The translations under genes and the position numbers were made by a program. This document shows positions 18,960 through 28,911 of a DNA stretch of 64,000 nt, in pieces (the stretch's first letter is position 1; every line of letters begins with the position of its first letter). Source of the stretch: an uncultured Actinomycetota bacterium (lineage in GTDB: Bacteria > Actinomycetota > Actinomycetes > Propionibacteriales > DAIQRJ01); the NCBI GenBank assembly GCA_963708795.1, contig CAVPUH010000006.1, positions 170,005-234,004 of the forward strand, read 5' to 3'. Under the pieces are notes generated by a model. It was not told the origin of the DNA. It was given only the letters and a program-made list of their open reading frames with translations, and did not search any database.

Positions 18960-19295
18960 CGCCGAGTGGTCACGAACTCCCGCAGCTGCGGCGTGTCCCG
19001 TCACGACGCGCCCACTCCAGGCTCCCCAGCGACCAGGCACTCGAGGGCTCGCGTCCGAGTGGGCGCAAACTCCCCAAGATGCGGCGTGTCCCGTAATGAC
19101 GCGCCCACTCCAGGCTCCTCAGCGACCAGGCACTCGAGGGCTCGCGTCCGAGTGGGCGCGAACTCCCCAGATGCGGCGTGTCCCGCAAGGACGCGCCCAC
19201 TCCAGGCTCCCCAGCGACCAGGCCTCGAGCTCGTCCGAGTGGGCGCAAACTCCCGCAGCTGCGGCGTGTCCCGTGACGACGCCCCCACCCCGACC
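18960..19295. repeat. tandem repeat array, about 3.5 copies of an 87-93 bp unit, each with a 10-bp stem hairpin
   Basis: The anchor CCGAGTGG recurs at 18962, 19055, 19148 and 19235 (periods 93, 93, 87). For example GAGTGGGCGC 19057-19066 pairs with GCGCCCACTC 19101-19110. Sits between the convergent SDR and ABC genes. Confidence 0.9.
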
Positions 19296-19321
19296 CCGGG
19301 CGGCCGGCGCCCCTTCAGCCG

Positions 19322-21367
19322 TCAGGCGCCCGCCGGCCGACCGCCTGCGAGTGCTCCGCCGGCTTCGTCGAGATCGACGGCAGCCCCGCTGAACTGGGAC
19401 GCGTAGAGCCGCTGATAGGCGCCGCCCGCCGCCATGAGTTCGTCGTGCGTGCCCTGCTCGACGATGTCCCCGTGCTCCATCACGACGATCCGGTCGGCGT
19501 CGCGGATGGTCGAGAGCCGGTGGGCGATGACGAAGCTCGTCCGCCCCGAGCGCAGGCGCTCCATGGCCTGCTGCACCAGCGCCTCGGTTCGGGTGTCGAC
19601 CGACGACGTCGCCTCGTCCAGCACCAGGATGGCGGGGTCGGCGAGGAACGCCCGCGCGATCGTCAACAGCTGCCGCTGACCGGCGCTCACGGTCGCGCCG
19701 TCGTCATCGAGGACCGTCTCGTAGCCCTCGGGCAGGGTCCGGATGAAGTGGTCGGCGTGTGCGGCGATCGACGCCGCCAACACCTGGTCCTCCGACGCGC
19801 CGGTCGCCCCGTAGGCGATGTTCTCGCGGATCGTCCCGCCGAACAGCCACGTGTCCTGCAGCACCATCCCGAAGTCGTCGCGGAGGTCGTTGCGCCGCAT
19901 CTCCCGAATGTCGATCCCGTCGAGGCTGATGGCGCCGCTGTCCACGTCGTAGAAGCGCAGCAACAGGTTGGCCAGCGTCGTCTTGCCTGCTCCGGTGGGC
20001 CCTACGATCGCCACTGTCTGGCCCGGCTCGGCGACCAGGTCGAGGTCGCCGATCAGCGGGTTGTCCGGGTCGTAGCTGAACGAGACATGGTCGAACACGA
20101 CCCGCCCGCTGACCCGGTCGGGTGCGCGACCCGGGACCGGGTCGGGGATCTCCTCGGGTGCGTCGAGGATCTCGAAGACGCGCTCCGCCGACGCCACACC
20201 GGACTGGAGGAGGTTGGCCATCGACGCGACCTGCGTCAGCGGCTGGCTGAACTGGCGCGAGTACTGGATGAACGCCTGCACGTCGCCGAGGCTGATAGCG
20301 CCCGACGCCACCTGGAGCGCGCCGATCACCGCGACCGCCACGTAGTTCAGGTTCGACAGGAAGAACATGCCCGGCTGGATGATGCCGGAGATGAACTGCG
20401 CCTTGAAGCTGCTGTCGTAGAGCTTGTCGTTGTGGTCGGCGAACACCTCGCGCGCCTCGTGCTGGCGGCCGAACACCTTCACCAGCTCGTGGCCGGTGTA
20501 CATCTCCTCGATGTGCCCGTTGAGCTTTCCGGTGGTGGCCCACTGGTCCTTGAAGTGCGGCTGTGAGCGCTTCGCCACGGCGATCGTCAACAGCGCCGAG
20601 AGCGGGATCGTCACGAGTGCGATCACCGAGAGCAGCGGCGAGACGTACAGCATCATCCCGATCACACCGATGACCGTGAGCAGCGAGGTGAGCAGCTGGC
20701 TCATCGTCTGCTGCAGGGTCTGGCCGATGTTGTCGACGTCGTTGGTGACGCGGCTGAGGATCTCGCCTCGGGGCTGGCCGTCGAAGTACTTGAGCGGGAG
20801 TTTCTCGAACTTGGCCTCGACGTCACGGCGCATGGTCGCGACGGTGCGCTGCACGATGATCGCCGTGACCCGGCCCTGCAGCCACGCGAACACCGACGCC
20901 GCCACGTACAGCCCCAGGGCCAGCATCAGCACGTGGCTCAAAGCCGTGAAGTCGATTCCCTGCCCGGGCACGAGGCCGTTCATCGCGGCGATGATGTCGG
21001 CCTGGGAGTTCTGGCCGTTCTGCCGGAGTCCCGCGACGACCTGGTCGACGCTCGCGCCCGGCGGCAGCTGCTTGCCCACCACACCGGCGAAGATGATGTT
21101 GGTGGCATCACCGAGGACCTTCGGCCCGATCACCTGGAAGGCCACGCTGATGACGCCGAGCACGACCACGATGGTGGCCAGGAGGCCGTCCGAACGCAGC
21201 CGCCCGAGCAGTCGGGCCGAGGAGCCCTTGAAGTCGGTGGCCTTCACCGCTGGGCCGCCCATCATCCCGGCCATCGGGCCGCGCGGTGCACCACCCGGCG
21301 GCCGCACGGGTGCGGCGGGAGCCGGCGTCGCCTTGGCGTCGGTCGCCTTGCCGTCGCGCTCGCTCAT
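19322..21367 (-). CDS. ABC transporter ATP-binding protein/permease (exporter half, MdlB-like)
   Basis: 681-aa ORF with six TM-like segments, then Walker A GPTGAGKTT, signature VSAGQRQLL and Walker B ILVLDEATS. Confidence 0.9.
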   Translation of the reverse strand: MSERDGKATDAKATPAPAAPVRPPGGAPRGPMAGMMGGPAVKATDFKGSSARLLGRLRSDGLLATIVVVLGVISVAFQVIGPKVLGDATNIIFAGVVGKQLPPGASVDQVVAGLRQNGQNSQADIIAAMNGLVPGQGIDFTALSHVLMLALGLYVAASVFAWLQGRVTAIIVQRTVATMRRDVEAKFEKLPLKYFDGQPRGEILSRVTNDVDNIGQTLQQTMSQLLTSLLTVIGVIGMMLYVSPLLSVIALVTIPLSALLTIAVAKRSQPHFKDQWATTGKLNGHIEEMYTGHELVKVFGRQHEAREVFADHNDKLYDSSFKAQFISGIIQPGMFFLSNLNYVAVAVIGALQVASGAISLGDVQAFIQYSRQFSQPLTQVASMANLLQSGVASAERVFEILDAPEEIPDPVPGRAPDRVSGRVVFDHVSFSYDPDNPLIGDLDLVAEPGQTVAIVGPTGAGKTTLANLLLRFYDVDSGAISLDGIDIREMRRNDLRDDFGMVLQDTWLFGGTIRENIAYGATGASEDQVLAASIAAHADHFIRTLPEGYETVLDDDGATVSAGQRQLLTIARAFLADPAILVLDEATSSVDTRTEALVQQAMERLRSGRTSFVIAHRLSTIRDADRIVVMEHGDIVEQGTHDELMAAGGAYQRLYASQFSGAAVDLDEAGGALAGGRPAGA

Positions 21368-23139
21368 GCGGCCTCCGCCTCGCTCAGCTGCGACAACACG
21401 ATCTCCCGGTACGTGCTGCAGGTGTCCATCAGGTCGTCGTGGCGGCCGTCGCCGACCACCCGTCCGTCGTCCATGACCACGATCCGGTCGGCGTCGCGGA
21501 TGGTGCTGACGCGCTGGGCGACGATGATGACCGCAGCCGACCGCGTGACCGGCCGCAAGGCGGCCCGAAGCCGAGCGTCGGTCGAGTAGTCGAGCGCGGA
21601 GAACGAGTCGTCGAACAGGTACACCTCCGGCTTCTTGACCAGCGCCCGCGCGATCGCGAGCCGCTGCCGCTGACCGCCGGACACGTTCGTCCCGCCCTGC
21701 GCGATCGGTGCCTGCAGGCCCTCGGGCATCGACTCCACGAAGTCACGCGACTGCGCCACGTCGAGGGCCGCCCACAGATCGTCGTCGGTGGCGTTCGGGT
21801 TGCCGTACCGCAGGTTCGACGCGACCGTCCCGGTGAACAGGTACGGCCGCTGCGGCACCAGACCGATCGAGCTCCACAGGTCGTCGGGGTCGAGTTCGCG
21901 GACGTCGACCCCGTCGATCAGCACTGCGCCTCCGGTCACGTCGACCAGGCGCGGGATCAGGTTCAGCAGGGTGGTCTTGCCGGCGCCCGTCGAGCCGATC
22001 ACCGCAGTGATCTCGCCCGGGGCGGCGACGAGATTGAGGTTGTAGAGCACGGGTTGCTCGGCACCGGGGTAGGTGAAGGTGGCGTCCCGCAGCTCGAGCG
22101 TCCCGGTCCGCACCGGCCGCAAGGTCGGGGCGGCCGGGGCCCGCACCGACGGCTCGGTGTCGAGGACCTCGCCGATCCGCTCCGCGGAGACCTGGGCGCG
22201 CGGGAGCAGCACGAACATGAAGGACGCCATCATCACCGAGATCAGGATCTGGATCAGGTAGTTCATGAAGGCCGTCAGCGTGCCGATCTGCATCTGCCCG
22301 TCCTCGATGAGGTGGGCACCGAACCACAGCACGGCGACGCTCGACACGTTCATGATCAGCATGACCGACGGGAACATGTACGCCATCAGCTTGCCGACCC
22401 GCAGCGAGACGTCCATCAGGTCGTCGTTCGCCACGGCGAACCGCTTCTGCTCGTGGTCGTCCTTGACGAAGGCGCGGATCACGCGCACGCCGGTGATCTG
22501 CTCGCGCATGATCCGGTTGATGCCGTCGATCTTCTTCTGCATGGACCGGAACAGCGGATGCATCCGGCTGATGATGAAACCGACGACCGCCACGAGAACG
22601 GGGACGACGATCAGCAGGAGCAGCGAGAGCTTCGCGTCGAGGCGAACCGCCATGAACACGCCGCCGATGCACATGATCGGGGCGGAGACCATCATCGTGA
22701 ACGTGAGCAGGACGACCATCTGGACCTGCTGCACGTCGTTCGTCGAGCGCGTGATCAGCGACGGAGCGCCGAACCGACTGACTTCCTGAGCGGCGAACGA
22801 CTCGACCTTGTCGAAGATGCCCCGCCGCAGGTCGCGGCCCAGCGCCATCGCCGTACGTGCGCCGAAGTACACGGCGACGATGTTGCAGGTGATCTGCACG
22901 AGCGTGACGCCGAGCATGATCGCGCCGATATGCAGGATGTAGGACGTGTCGCCCAGGACGATGCCGTTGTCGATGATGTCCGCGTTGAGCCCCGGCAGAT
23001 AGAGGTTCGCGATCACCTGGATGAGTTGGAAGAAGACGACGAGGCCGATCGCCCGGCCGTAGGGACGGAGGTACGTTCGCAGGATCTTGACCAGCACGGA
23101 CCGACCGTATCCGCGCCACGCACGGTTTGCACGTGACAT
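21364..23139 (-). CDS. ABC transporter ATP-binding protein/permease (exporter half, MdlA-like)
   Basis: 591-aa ORF with Walker A GSTGAGKTT, signature VSGGQRQRL and Walker B VYLFDDSFS. Its stop overlaps the start of the downstream half by 4 nt. Confidence 0.9.
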   Translation of the reverse strand: MSRANRAWRGYGRSVLVKILRTYLRPYGRAIGLVVFFQLIQVIANLYLPGLNADIIDNGIVLGDTSYILHIGAIMLGVTLVQITCNIVAVYFGARTAMALGRDLRRGIFDKVESFAAQEVSRFGAPSLITRSTNDVQQVQMVVLLTFTMMVSAPIMCIGGVFMAVRLDAKLSLLLLIVVPVLVAVVGFIISRMHPLFRSMQKKIDGINRIMREQITGVRVIRAFVKDDHEQKRFAVANDDLMDVSLRVGKLMAYMFPSVMLIMNVSSVAVLWFGAHLIEDGQMQIGTLTAFMNYLIQILISVMMASFMFVLLPRAQVSAERIGEVLDTEPSVRAPAAPTLRPVRTGTLELRDATFTYPGAEQPVLYNLNLVAAPGEITAVIGSTGAGKTTLLNLIPRLVDVTGGAVLIDGVDVRELDPDDLWSSIGLVPQRPYLFTGTVASNLRYGNPNATDDDLWAALDVAQSRDFVESMPEGLQAPIAQGGTNVSGGQRQRLAIARALVKKPEVYLFDDSFSALDYSTDARLRAALRPVTRSAAVIIVAQRVSTIRDADRIVVMDDGRVVGDGRHDDLMDTCSTYREIVLSQLSEAEAA

Positions 23140-23204
23140 CGGTCAGTTGCGAGGGCTGAGAATCGGCATCGTCGACCGGCACGCTTCGGACGTCTCGTGG
23201 AGTC

Positions 23205-24334
23205 ATGAAACCTGTCGCTGCCTGGCATCGGATCGCTCCCGCGGTCGGCCTGTTCTTCCTCGCCCCGTTCGTCGCCGAGTTCCTCCTGGGTGACTTCTCG
23301 CTGGCTGGTCTGGCGATCCTGCTCGTCATGGCACCGATGTACGGCGGTGCTGCCGTGCTGATCCGCGAAGTCACGCGCCGGACGGCCCGCGGCTGGCCGA
23401 CGATGCTGATCCTCGGCCTGGCCTACGGAGTGGTCGAGGAGGGACTCGTCACCCAGTCGCTGTTCAATCCCGACTATGCGGGCGACCATCTCCTCGAACC
23501 TGCGTTCATCCGCATGCTGGGCATCGGGGCGTACTGGACCGTGTTCGTCCTGACGTTGCACACCGTCTGGAGCATCTCGTGCTCGATCGGGCTGGCGGAG
23601 GCGCTCGCGGCCCGTTCCGACGAGACCCGCGAGCGCACGCCCTGGTTGCACCGGCTCGGGCTCGGCGTGGTCACCGTGCTGTTCGTCCTCGGATCGGCCG
23701 CGATCGCGCTCGGGACCAGCTCCGGTGGGTTCGTGGCGCCGGCGCCACGACTGCTGGGTGCGGCCGTCGTCGCCGTGCTCCTCGTCGTCGTGGCCTTCCG
23801 GCTCCCACGCGGTCCCGTCCACGGGTCGTCGCCCTCGACCCCTCCCTCGACCCCTGCCCGTCGACGCTGCCGTCGTCGCAGCGCTCGGCCCCGCCGCTCA
23901 GGCTCGTCCTGCTGGTCGGTCTGGTGGCCGGCGCCGTGTTCATCCTGACCCCGATGATCGTGCGGGCGGCCGGCGGCTGGGCCGGCACCGTTGTCGTGAT
24001 CGCTCTCTGGATCGGCACCGTCCTCGTCCTCCGTGGGTGGAGTGCCCGGCCGGGGTGGGGTCGCGCGCACCGGCTGGCGCTCGTCACGGCCGGTGTGGCG
24101 ACCTACGCCTGGCATGGGTTCCTGGCCACTCCGATGACATCCACGCCGATCGGGCTCCGCGTCGCCAGCAACACGATCTACGCGCTCGTCGCGGCGGGCC
24201 TGCTGATCCTCTCCTGGCGTGGCACCGGCAGGCATAGTGATCACAGCAGGGGCCTCAGCCCTTACCTCAGCGAAGAGGTGGACCGCCGTGAGCAGAGCAC
24301 ATCACTACGAAGTCACGATCACCTGGACCGGTGA
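23205..24334 (+). pseudogene. hypothetical polytopic membrane protein, frame interrupted (probably two +1 shifts in C-runs 23838-23892)
   Basis: ORF 23205.. (frame 0) is TM-like up to ...VVAFRLPRGPV. ORF 23579.. (frame 2) resumes PLRLVLLVGLVAGAVFILTP...LLILSW. The intervening frame 1 reads PVDAAVVAALGP. The 3' end is uncertain. Confidence 0.55.
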
Positions 24335-24767
24335 CCGGGGCACCGGCACCTCCGGATATGACGACTACTCCCGTGACCACGAGGTCTCCCGAGCCGGTCA
24401 CGCCACCATCCACGCCTCGGCCGATCCGGCGTTTCGTGGCGATCCGACGCGGTGGAACCCCGAGGAGATGCTGGTCGCGTCACTGTCCGAGTGCCACATG
24501 CTCTGGTACCTGCACCTGGCGGCCGTGAGCGGTGTCGTGGTGGTCGGCTACACGGACTCGCCGGCCGGCACGATGACCGAGGACGGGCTCGGCGGCGCTG
24601 CGTTCGCCGCCGTCACCCTCCGCCCGGTCGTCGAGGTCGCCGACGAGTCGATGGCCGACGCCTCGCTGGCGTTGCACGCGGAGGCGAACAAGATGTGCTT
24701 CCTCGCGCGGTCGGTGAAGTTCCCGATCGACCACGAACCGCGGGTGCGCGTGCGGGTACGCGCCTGA
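24288..24767 (+). CDS. OsmC family peroxiredoxin/redox protein
   Basis: ORF 24219..24767 trimmed to GTG 24288 after GAAGAGG. ...HYEVTITWTGDRGTGTSGY...NPEEMLVASLSECHMLWYLHLAA...ANKMCFLARS (two conserved Cys regions). Confidence 0.8.
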   Translation: MSRAHHYEVTITWTGDRGTGTSGYDDYSRDHEVSRAGHATIHASADPAFRGDPTRWNPEEMLVASLSECHMLWYLHLAAVSGVVVVGYTDSPAGTMTEDGLGGAAFAAVTLRPVVEVADESMADASLALHAEANKMCFLARSVKFPIDHEPRVRVRVRA

Positions 24768-24776
24768 GCGGTGTGG

Positions 24777-25590
24777 TCAGCGCGGGCGGAGCTCCCAGAA
24801 GGCCACGGCGCTCGCGGCCGCCACGTTGAGCGAGTCGACGCCCGCACTCATCGGGATCCGGACCGTGACGTCAGCCCGATCGACAGTTCGCCGGCGGAGC
24901 CCGTCGCCCTCGGCTCCGAGGAGCATCGCCACCCGGTCGTCGCGGTGGTCGGCTGCGAACCGGTCGAGGTCGACGGCCGCGGTGTCGAGCGCGAGGGCCG
25001 CGACCACGAAGCCGGCCTCACGGAGCCGGTCGACGCCGGCCGGCCACGGGTCGATGCGGGTCCACGGCACCGCGAACACCGTGCCCATCGACACCCGGAC
25101 GCTGCGCCGGTAGAGCGGATCGGCGCACCGTGGGGTGACGAGCACGGCATCGATGCCGAGTGCGGCGGCCGAACGGAAGACCGCGCCCACGTTGGTGTGA
25201 TCGACGATGTCCTCGCACACGACGACCCTGGCTGCGCCCGCGAGCACGTCCGCCAGTGGCGGCAGCTGGACGTCGATGCACCGACGCCAGCGCGCCCCGG
25301 TGAACGGGATAGCCGGTCACGGTCTCGATGACCTCGGACGACGCGACAAGTACCGGCGCGGCGTCGCGTTCGGCGGTCTCGATCTCGGTGGCGAGGTCGT
25401 CGAGCCATCTGCGCTCGACGAGCAGCGATCGCAGGCGATATCCCGCCGCGACGGCCCGGCGGATCACCTTGGCACTCTCCGCGATGAAGAGGCCGTGCTC
25501 GGGTTCGAACCGGCGCCGGAGGGCGACGTCGGTGAGCGCTACGAAGTCGGCCAGCAGCGGGTCCCTCGGGTCGGTGACCTCGACGATCAT
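24777..25590 (-). pseudogene. TrmH/SpoU family RNA 2'-O-methyltransferase, +1 interruption near 25268
   Basis: N-terminus in ORF 25018..25716 from ATG 25590 (MIVEVTDPRDPLLADF...GYPVHRGALASVHR). SpoU domain in ORF 24777..25247 (VCEDIVDHTNVGAVFRSAAALG...IPMSAGVDSLNVAAA). Confidence 0.8.
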
Positions 25591-25663
25591 GCGAGATCCC
25601 CGTCGGCGCCCATGCCCGCAGTCTCGCCCACGAGGGCGGTGCGCATGTGACAGCGTGGCCCGC

Positions 25664-26401
25664 GTGCGCCGCATCCTGACCAACGACCACGGCCAACCCG
25701 TCGGACCGCCGCTCACCGCCTGGGCGCCCCGAGCGTTCCCGGCACCCGTCCGACTGGCCGGGCGGTACTGCCGGCTCGAGCCGCTCTCGCCCGAGCACGC
25801 ACCTGCTCTCTACGAGGCCGTGACGCGGGACGCGAGCGGCCGACAGTGGACCTACCTGAGCTACGGGCCGTTCGCCGGTCCCGGGGCGTTCGCCGACTTC
25901 GTGGACGCCACCATCGCCGACCCGGGCTATGTCACGCTCACGATCGTCGACGCCGCGAGCGGGCGGCCGGCCGGATGGGCGAGCTACCTGCGGATCGACC
26001 CGGCGGTCGGCTCGATCGAGGTCGGCGGTATCACGTTCGGCGCCGCACTCCAGCGCACGGCCGCGGCGACCGAGGCGATGTACCTGATGGCCGCCCACGC
26101 CATCGACGACCTCGGCTATCGCCGCTACGAATGGAAGTGCGACGACCTCAACGCGCCGTCGCGGGCGGCGGCCACCCGGCTCGGCTTCGCGTACGAGGGC
26201 ACGTTCCGCAACGCGACCATCTACAAGGGGCGCAGCCGGGACACCGCGTGGTTCGCGATCACCGACGACGACTGGCCGAGCCTGCGCGCGGCCATCCGAT
26301 CCTGGCTCGACCCCGCGACGTTCGACGCCGACGGTACCCAGCGCAGATCCCTGTCGTCCGCCACCAGGGCAGCCAGAGAGATCCTCGACAGCGCGCGTTG
26401 A
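25664..26401 (+). CDS. GNAT family N-acetyltransferase (RimJ/RimL-like)
   Basis: ORF 25328..26401 trimmed to GTG 25664. ...SIEVGGITFGAALQRTAAATEAMYLMAAHAIDDLGYRRYEWKCDDLNAPSRAAATRLGFAYEGTFR. Confidence 0.75.
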   Translation: MRRILTNDHGQPVGPPLTAWAPRAFPAPVRLAGRYCRLEPLSPEHAPALYEAVTRDASGRQWTYLSYGPFAGPGAFADFVDATIADPGYVTLTIVDAASGRPAGWASYLRIDPAVGSIEVGGITFGAALQRTAAATEAMYLMAAHAIDDLGYRRYEWKCDDLNAPSRAAATRLGFAYEGTFRNATIYKGRSRDTAWFAITDDDWPSLRAAIRSWLDPATFDADGTQRRSLSSATRAAREILDSAR

Positions 26402-26425
26402 CCGGACACCACCGTTGACCGTTAC

Positions 26426-26441
26426 TCGAACATGTGTTCGA
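26426..26441. promoter_or_regulatory. SOS box (LexA operator) TCGAACATGTGTTCGA
   Basis: Perfect match to the actinobacterial/mycobacterial SOS box consensus TCGAAC-N4-GTTCGA. It lies 22 nt upstream of the radical SAM gene. A TTGACC hexamer sits at 26415-26420. Confidence 0.75.
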
Positions 26442-26463
26442 ATGAACGCATGGGGTGTCACGG

Positions 26464-27531
26464 ATGAGGTGGAGCGGCCAGCAGGTCGACGTGGGGGACG
26501 ACTCGGCGCTTCCGGGCATGTCGCGCATTCGAGGCTTCATCCGGTCGGTCCGCACGCCGGAGTTCAGCGGGATCACGTTTCACGAGGTCGCGGCGAAATC
26601 GGCGCTGAACAAGGTCCCGGCGAGGTCCCGGATGCCGTTCCGGTGGAGCGTCAACCCGTACCGCGGCTGTAGTCACAGCTGCGTCTACTGCTACGCCCGT
26701 GGCACGCACGAGTGGCTCGAGCTCGACACCGGCAAGGACTTCGACACCCAGATCGTGGTCAAGACGAACGTCGCCGAGGTCCTGCGGGCGGAGCTGCGGC
26801 GCAAGTCGTGGTGTCACGAGATGGTCGCGCTCGGCACCAACACGGACCCCTACCAGCGGGCCGAGGGTCGCTACCGCCTGATGCCGCGGATCATCGACGC
26901 GTTCGCCGAGACCGGTACGCCCTTCTCGATCCTGACGAAGGGCACGCTGCTTCGGCGGGATCTGCCACTGCTGCGAGGTGCTGCCCGGGAGGTCGGCGTG
27001 GGGCTCGGCGTCTCACTCGCCATCGGCCATCCGGCGCTGCACGAGTCGATCGAACCCGGGACGCCGACACCGGCCGCGCGGCTGGACCTGATCCGCGCGA
27101 TCACCGACGCCGGCCTGCCCTGCGGCGTCATGGTCGCTCCGGTGCTGCCGCAGCTGACCGACGACGACGAGACGCTCGACCTGCTTCTCGGCCAGATCGC
27201 GGACGCCGGCGCGACCGGTGTCACGGTGCTGCCGCTGCACCTTCGGCCCGGTGCCTTCGAGTGGTACTTCGGCTGGCTCGAACGGGAACGTCCCGACCTC
27301 CTGCCGCTGTATCGCGTGCTCTATGCCAACGGCGCGAACGTCGCGGACTGGTACCGGCGCAAGCTCGACCTGCGCGTGCGACCGCTGCTCGAGCGGCACG
27401 GGCTGGCCGGCGGTCAGGTCCGGCGCCTCGACCCGGACCTTGCCGACGGCCAGTTCCCCACCGGGCTCCGGATGGACTGGGACGAGCCCGAGTACGAGGC
27501 CCCACCGGCCGACGAACCCGCCCTGTTCTGA
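26464..27531 (+). CDS. radical SAM protein (Rv2578c-like / SPL-type DNA-repair-associated family)
   Basis: CSHSCVYCYA (CxxxCxxC) cluster motif; ...NPYRGCSHSCVYCYARGTHEWLE...LGTNTDPYQ... Start is ATG 26464 (alt GTG 26455). Confidence 0.8.
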   Translation: MRWSGQQVDVGDDSALPGMSRIRGFIRSVRTPEFSGITFHEVAAKSALNKVPARSRMPFRWSVNPYRGCSHSCVYCYARGTHEWLELDTGKDFDTQIVVKTNVAEVLRAELRRKSWCHEMVALGTNTDPYQRAEGRYRLMPRIIDAFAETGTPFSILTKGTLLRRDLPLLRGAAREVGVGLGVSLAIGHPALHESIEPGTPTPAARLDLIRAITDAGLPCGVMVAPVLPQLTDDDETLDLLLGQIADAGATGVTVLPLHLRPGAFEWYFGWLERERPDLLPLYRVLYANGANVADWYRRKLDLRVRPLLERHGLAGGQVRRLDPDLADGQFPTGLRMDWDEPEYEAPPADEPALF

Positions 27532-27576
27532 GGGTGGGCGAGTCCGAAGGGGGCGTGGGCTCGTCTACCTGGATCC

Positions 27577-28398
27577 TCAGCCGTTGAACACGTCCGGGTC
27601 GCCGCCGAGTCGGTTGCCCTGGTCCAGCCCGTTGATCGCGCCCATGTCCGCAGCCTCGAGCTCGAAGCCGAACACATCGAAGTTCTCCTCGATGCGGGCC
27701 GGCGTGATCGACTTCGGGAACACGATCCGCCCGGCCTGCAGGTGCCAGCGGAGGATGACCTGGGCCGGCGTGCGGCCGATCCGCTCGGCGATCGTCACGA
27801 CGTCCGGCGCGGTCAGGTCCTTGGCCAGGCCGAGCGGGCTGTACGCCTCCGTCAGCACCTCGTGCTCGGCGTTCACGGCCTGGACGTCGCGCTGCAGGTT
27901 CGTCGGGTGGACCTCGATCTGGTTCACGGCCGGCACGACCGTCGTCTCCGCCAGGAGGTGCCGCAGGTGATGGGGCATGAAGTTGGAGACCCCGATCGAA
28001 CGGGCCAGGCCGTCGGCGTAGATCTGCTCGAGGTCCTTCCAGGCGTCGACGAACAGCCCCCGGCCGGGCGCCGGCCAGTGGATCAGGTACAGGTCGACGT
28101 GGTCGAGTCCGAGCCGGTCGAGGCTCTTCTGGAACTGTGGCCGGGCCTCGCCATGGTGGGCGTTCCACAGCTTGGTGGTGACGAACAGCTCGGAACGCGG
28201 GATGCCGGAGTTCGCGATCGCCTTTCCGACGCCCTCCTCGTTGCCGTAGATCGCGGCGGTGTCGATGTGCCGGTAGCCGACCTCGAGCGCCTTCTCCACC
28301 GCGGGCACGATGTCGTCGGAGCCGACCTGCCAGACACCGAAGCCGAGCTGCGGGATCGAGACGCCGTTGTTGAGCGTGAGCTCGGGAACCTGTGTCAT
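27577..28398 (-). CDS. aldo/keto reductase (2,5-diketo-D-gluconate reductase-like)
   Basis: 273-aa ORF: GFGVWQV, GYRHIDTAAIYGNEEGVG, LFVTTKLWN, LDHVDLYLIHWP, QIEVHP. Confidence 0.9.
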   Translation of the reverse strand: MTQVPELTLNNGVSIPQLGFGVWQVGSDDIVPAVEKALEVGYRHIDTAAIYGNEEGVGKAIANSGIPRSELFVTTKLWNAHHGEARPQFQKSLDRLGLDHVDLYLIHWPAPGRGLFVDAWKDLEQIYADGLARSIGVSNFMPHHLRHLLAETTVVPAVNQIEVHPTNLQRDVQAVNAEHEVLTEAYSPLGLAKDLTAPDVVTIAERIGRTPAQVILRWHLQAGRIVFPKSITPARIEENFDVFGFELEAADMGAINGLDQGNRLGGDPDVFNG

Positions 28399-28530
28399 GG
28401 AAGAGTTCTCTTCTCGTCGTGCGGTGCCGCCGAATGCCTCGGCGGCCGGGCGACAGGCATTGTCTCAGTGTCCGGCGCCGGCTCAGCTCCCGGCCGTGGG
28501 TGCCGGACTCGATCAGGAGGTAGACCGGCC

Positions 28531-28911
28531 ATGGCCGACCAGGACGACGTGCGGCGGCTCGCGCTCGAGCTACCCGAAACCACCCAGCACGACGACGGCT
28601 TCGGCTTCAGCGTGCGGGGCAAGAGCTTCGCGTGGGTGTACTGGGAACGGGTGGCGCCGAAGAAGCCACGGGTCGAGCGGCCCGACGTCCTGGCTGTCCG
28701 GGTGGCCGGCGAGGACGACAAGCAGAGCCTCATCGCCGCCGACCCGGACGTGTTCTTCACCGACGACCACTACCGCGGGTTCCCGGCGATCCTCATCCGG
28801 CTGCCGGCGGTCGATGACGGCGAGCTCCGGGAGCTTCTCGTCGACGGGTGGCGGGTGCGGGCTCCACGGACACTGGTGAAGCAGTTCGACGCCGACCAGG
28901 GCGACGGCTGA
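28531..28911 (+). CDS. MmcQ/YjbR family DNA-binding protein
   Basis: ORF 27742..28911 trimmed to ATG 28531 after AGGAGG. MADQDDVRRLALELPETTQHDDGFGFSVRGKSFAW... Confidence 0.7.
   Translation: MADQDDVRRLALELPETTQHDDGFGFSVRGKSFAWVYWERVAPKKPRVERPDVLAVRVAGEDDKQSLIAADPDVFFTDDHYRGFPAILIRLPAVDDGELRELLVDGWRVRAPRTLVKQFDADQGDG

Noticed and set aside
18960-19295. Repeat array considered as a CRISPR locus
   Set aside because: The repeat units are directly adjacent (the period equals the unit length) with no unique spacers. The unit is about 90 bp, and no cas genes are present. It was called a tandem repeat instead.
18831-19406. ORFs translating through the tandem repeat (18831..19406 +, 18970..19248 -, 19001..19288 -)
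   Set aside because: The peptide periodicity simply mirrors the DNA repeat. There is no start context. The ORFs lie between two convergent gene ends, and one is a continuation past the SDR gene's region in another frame.
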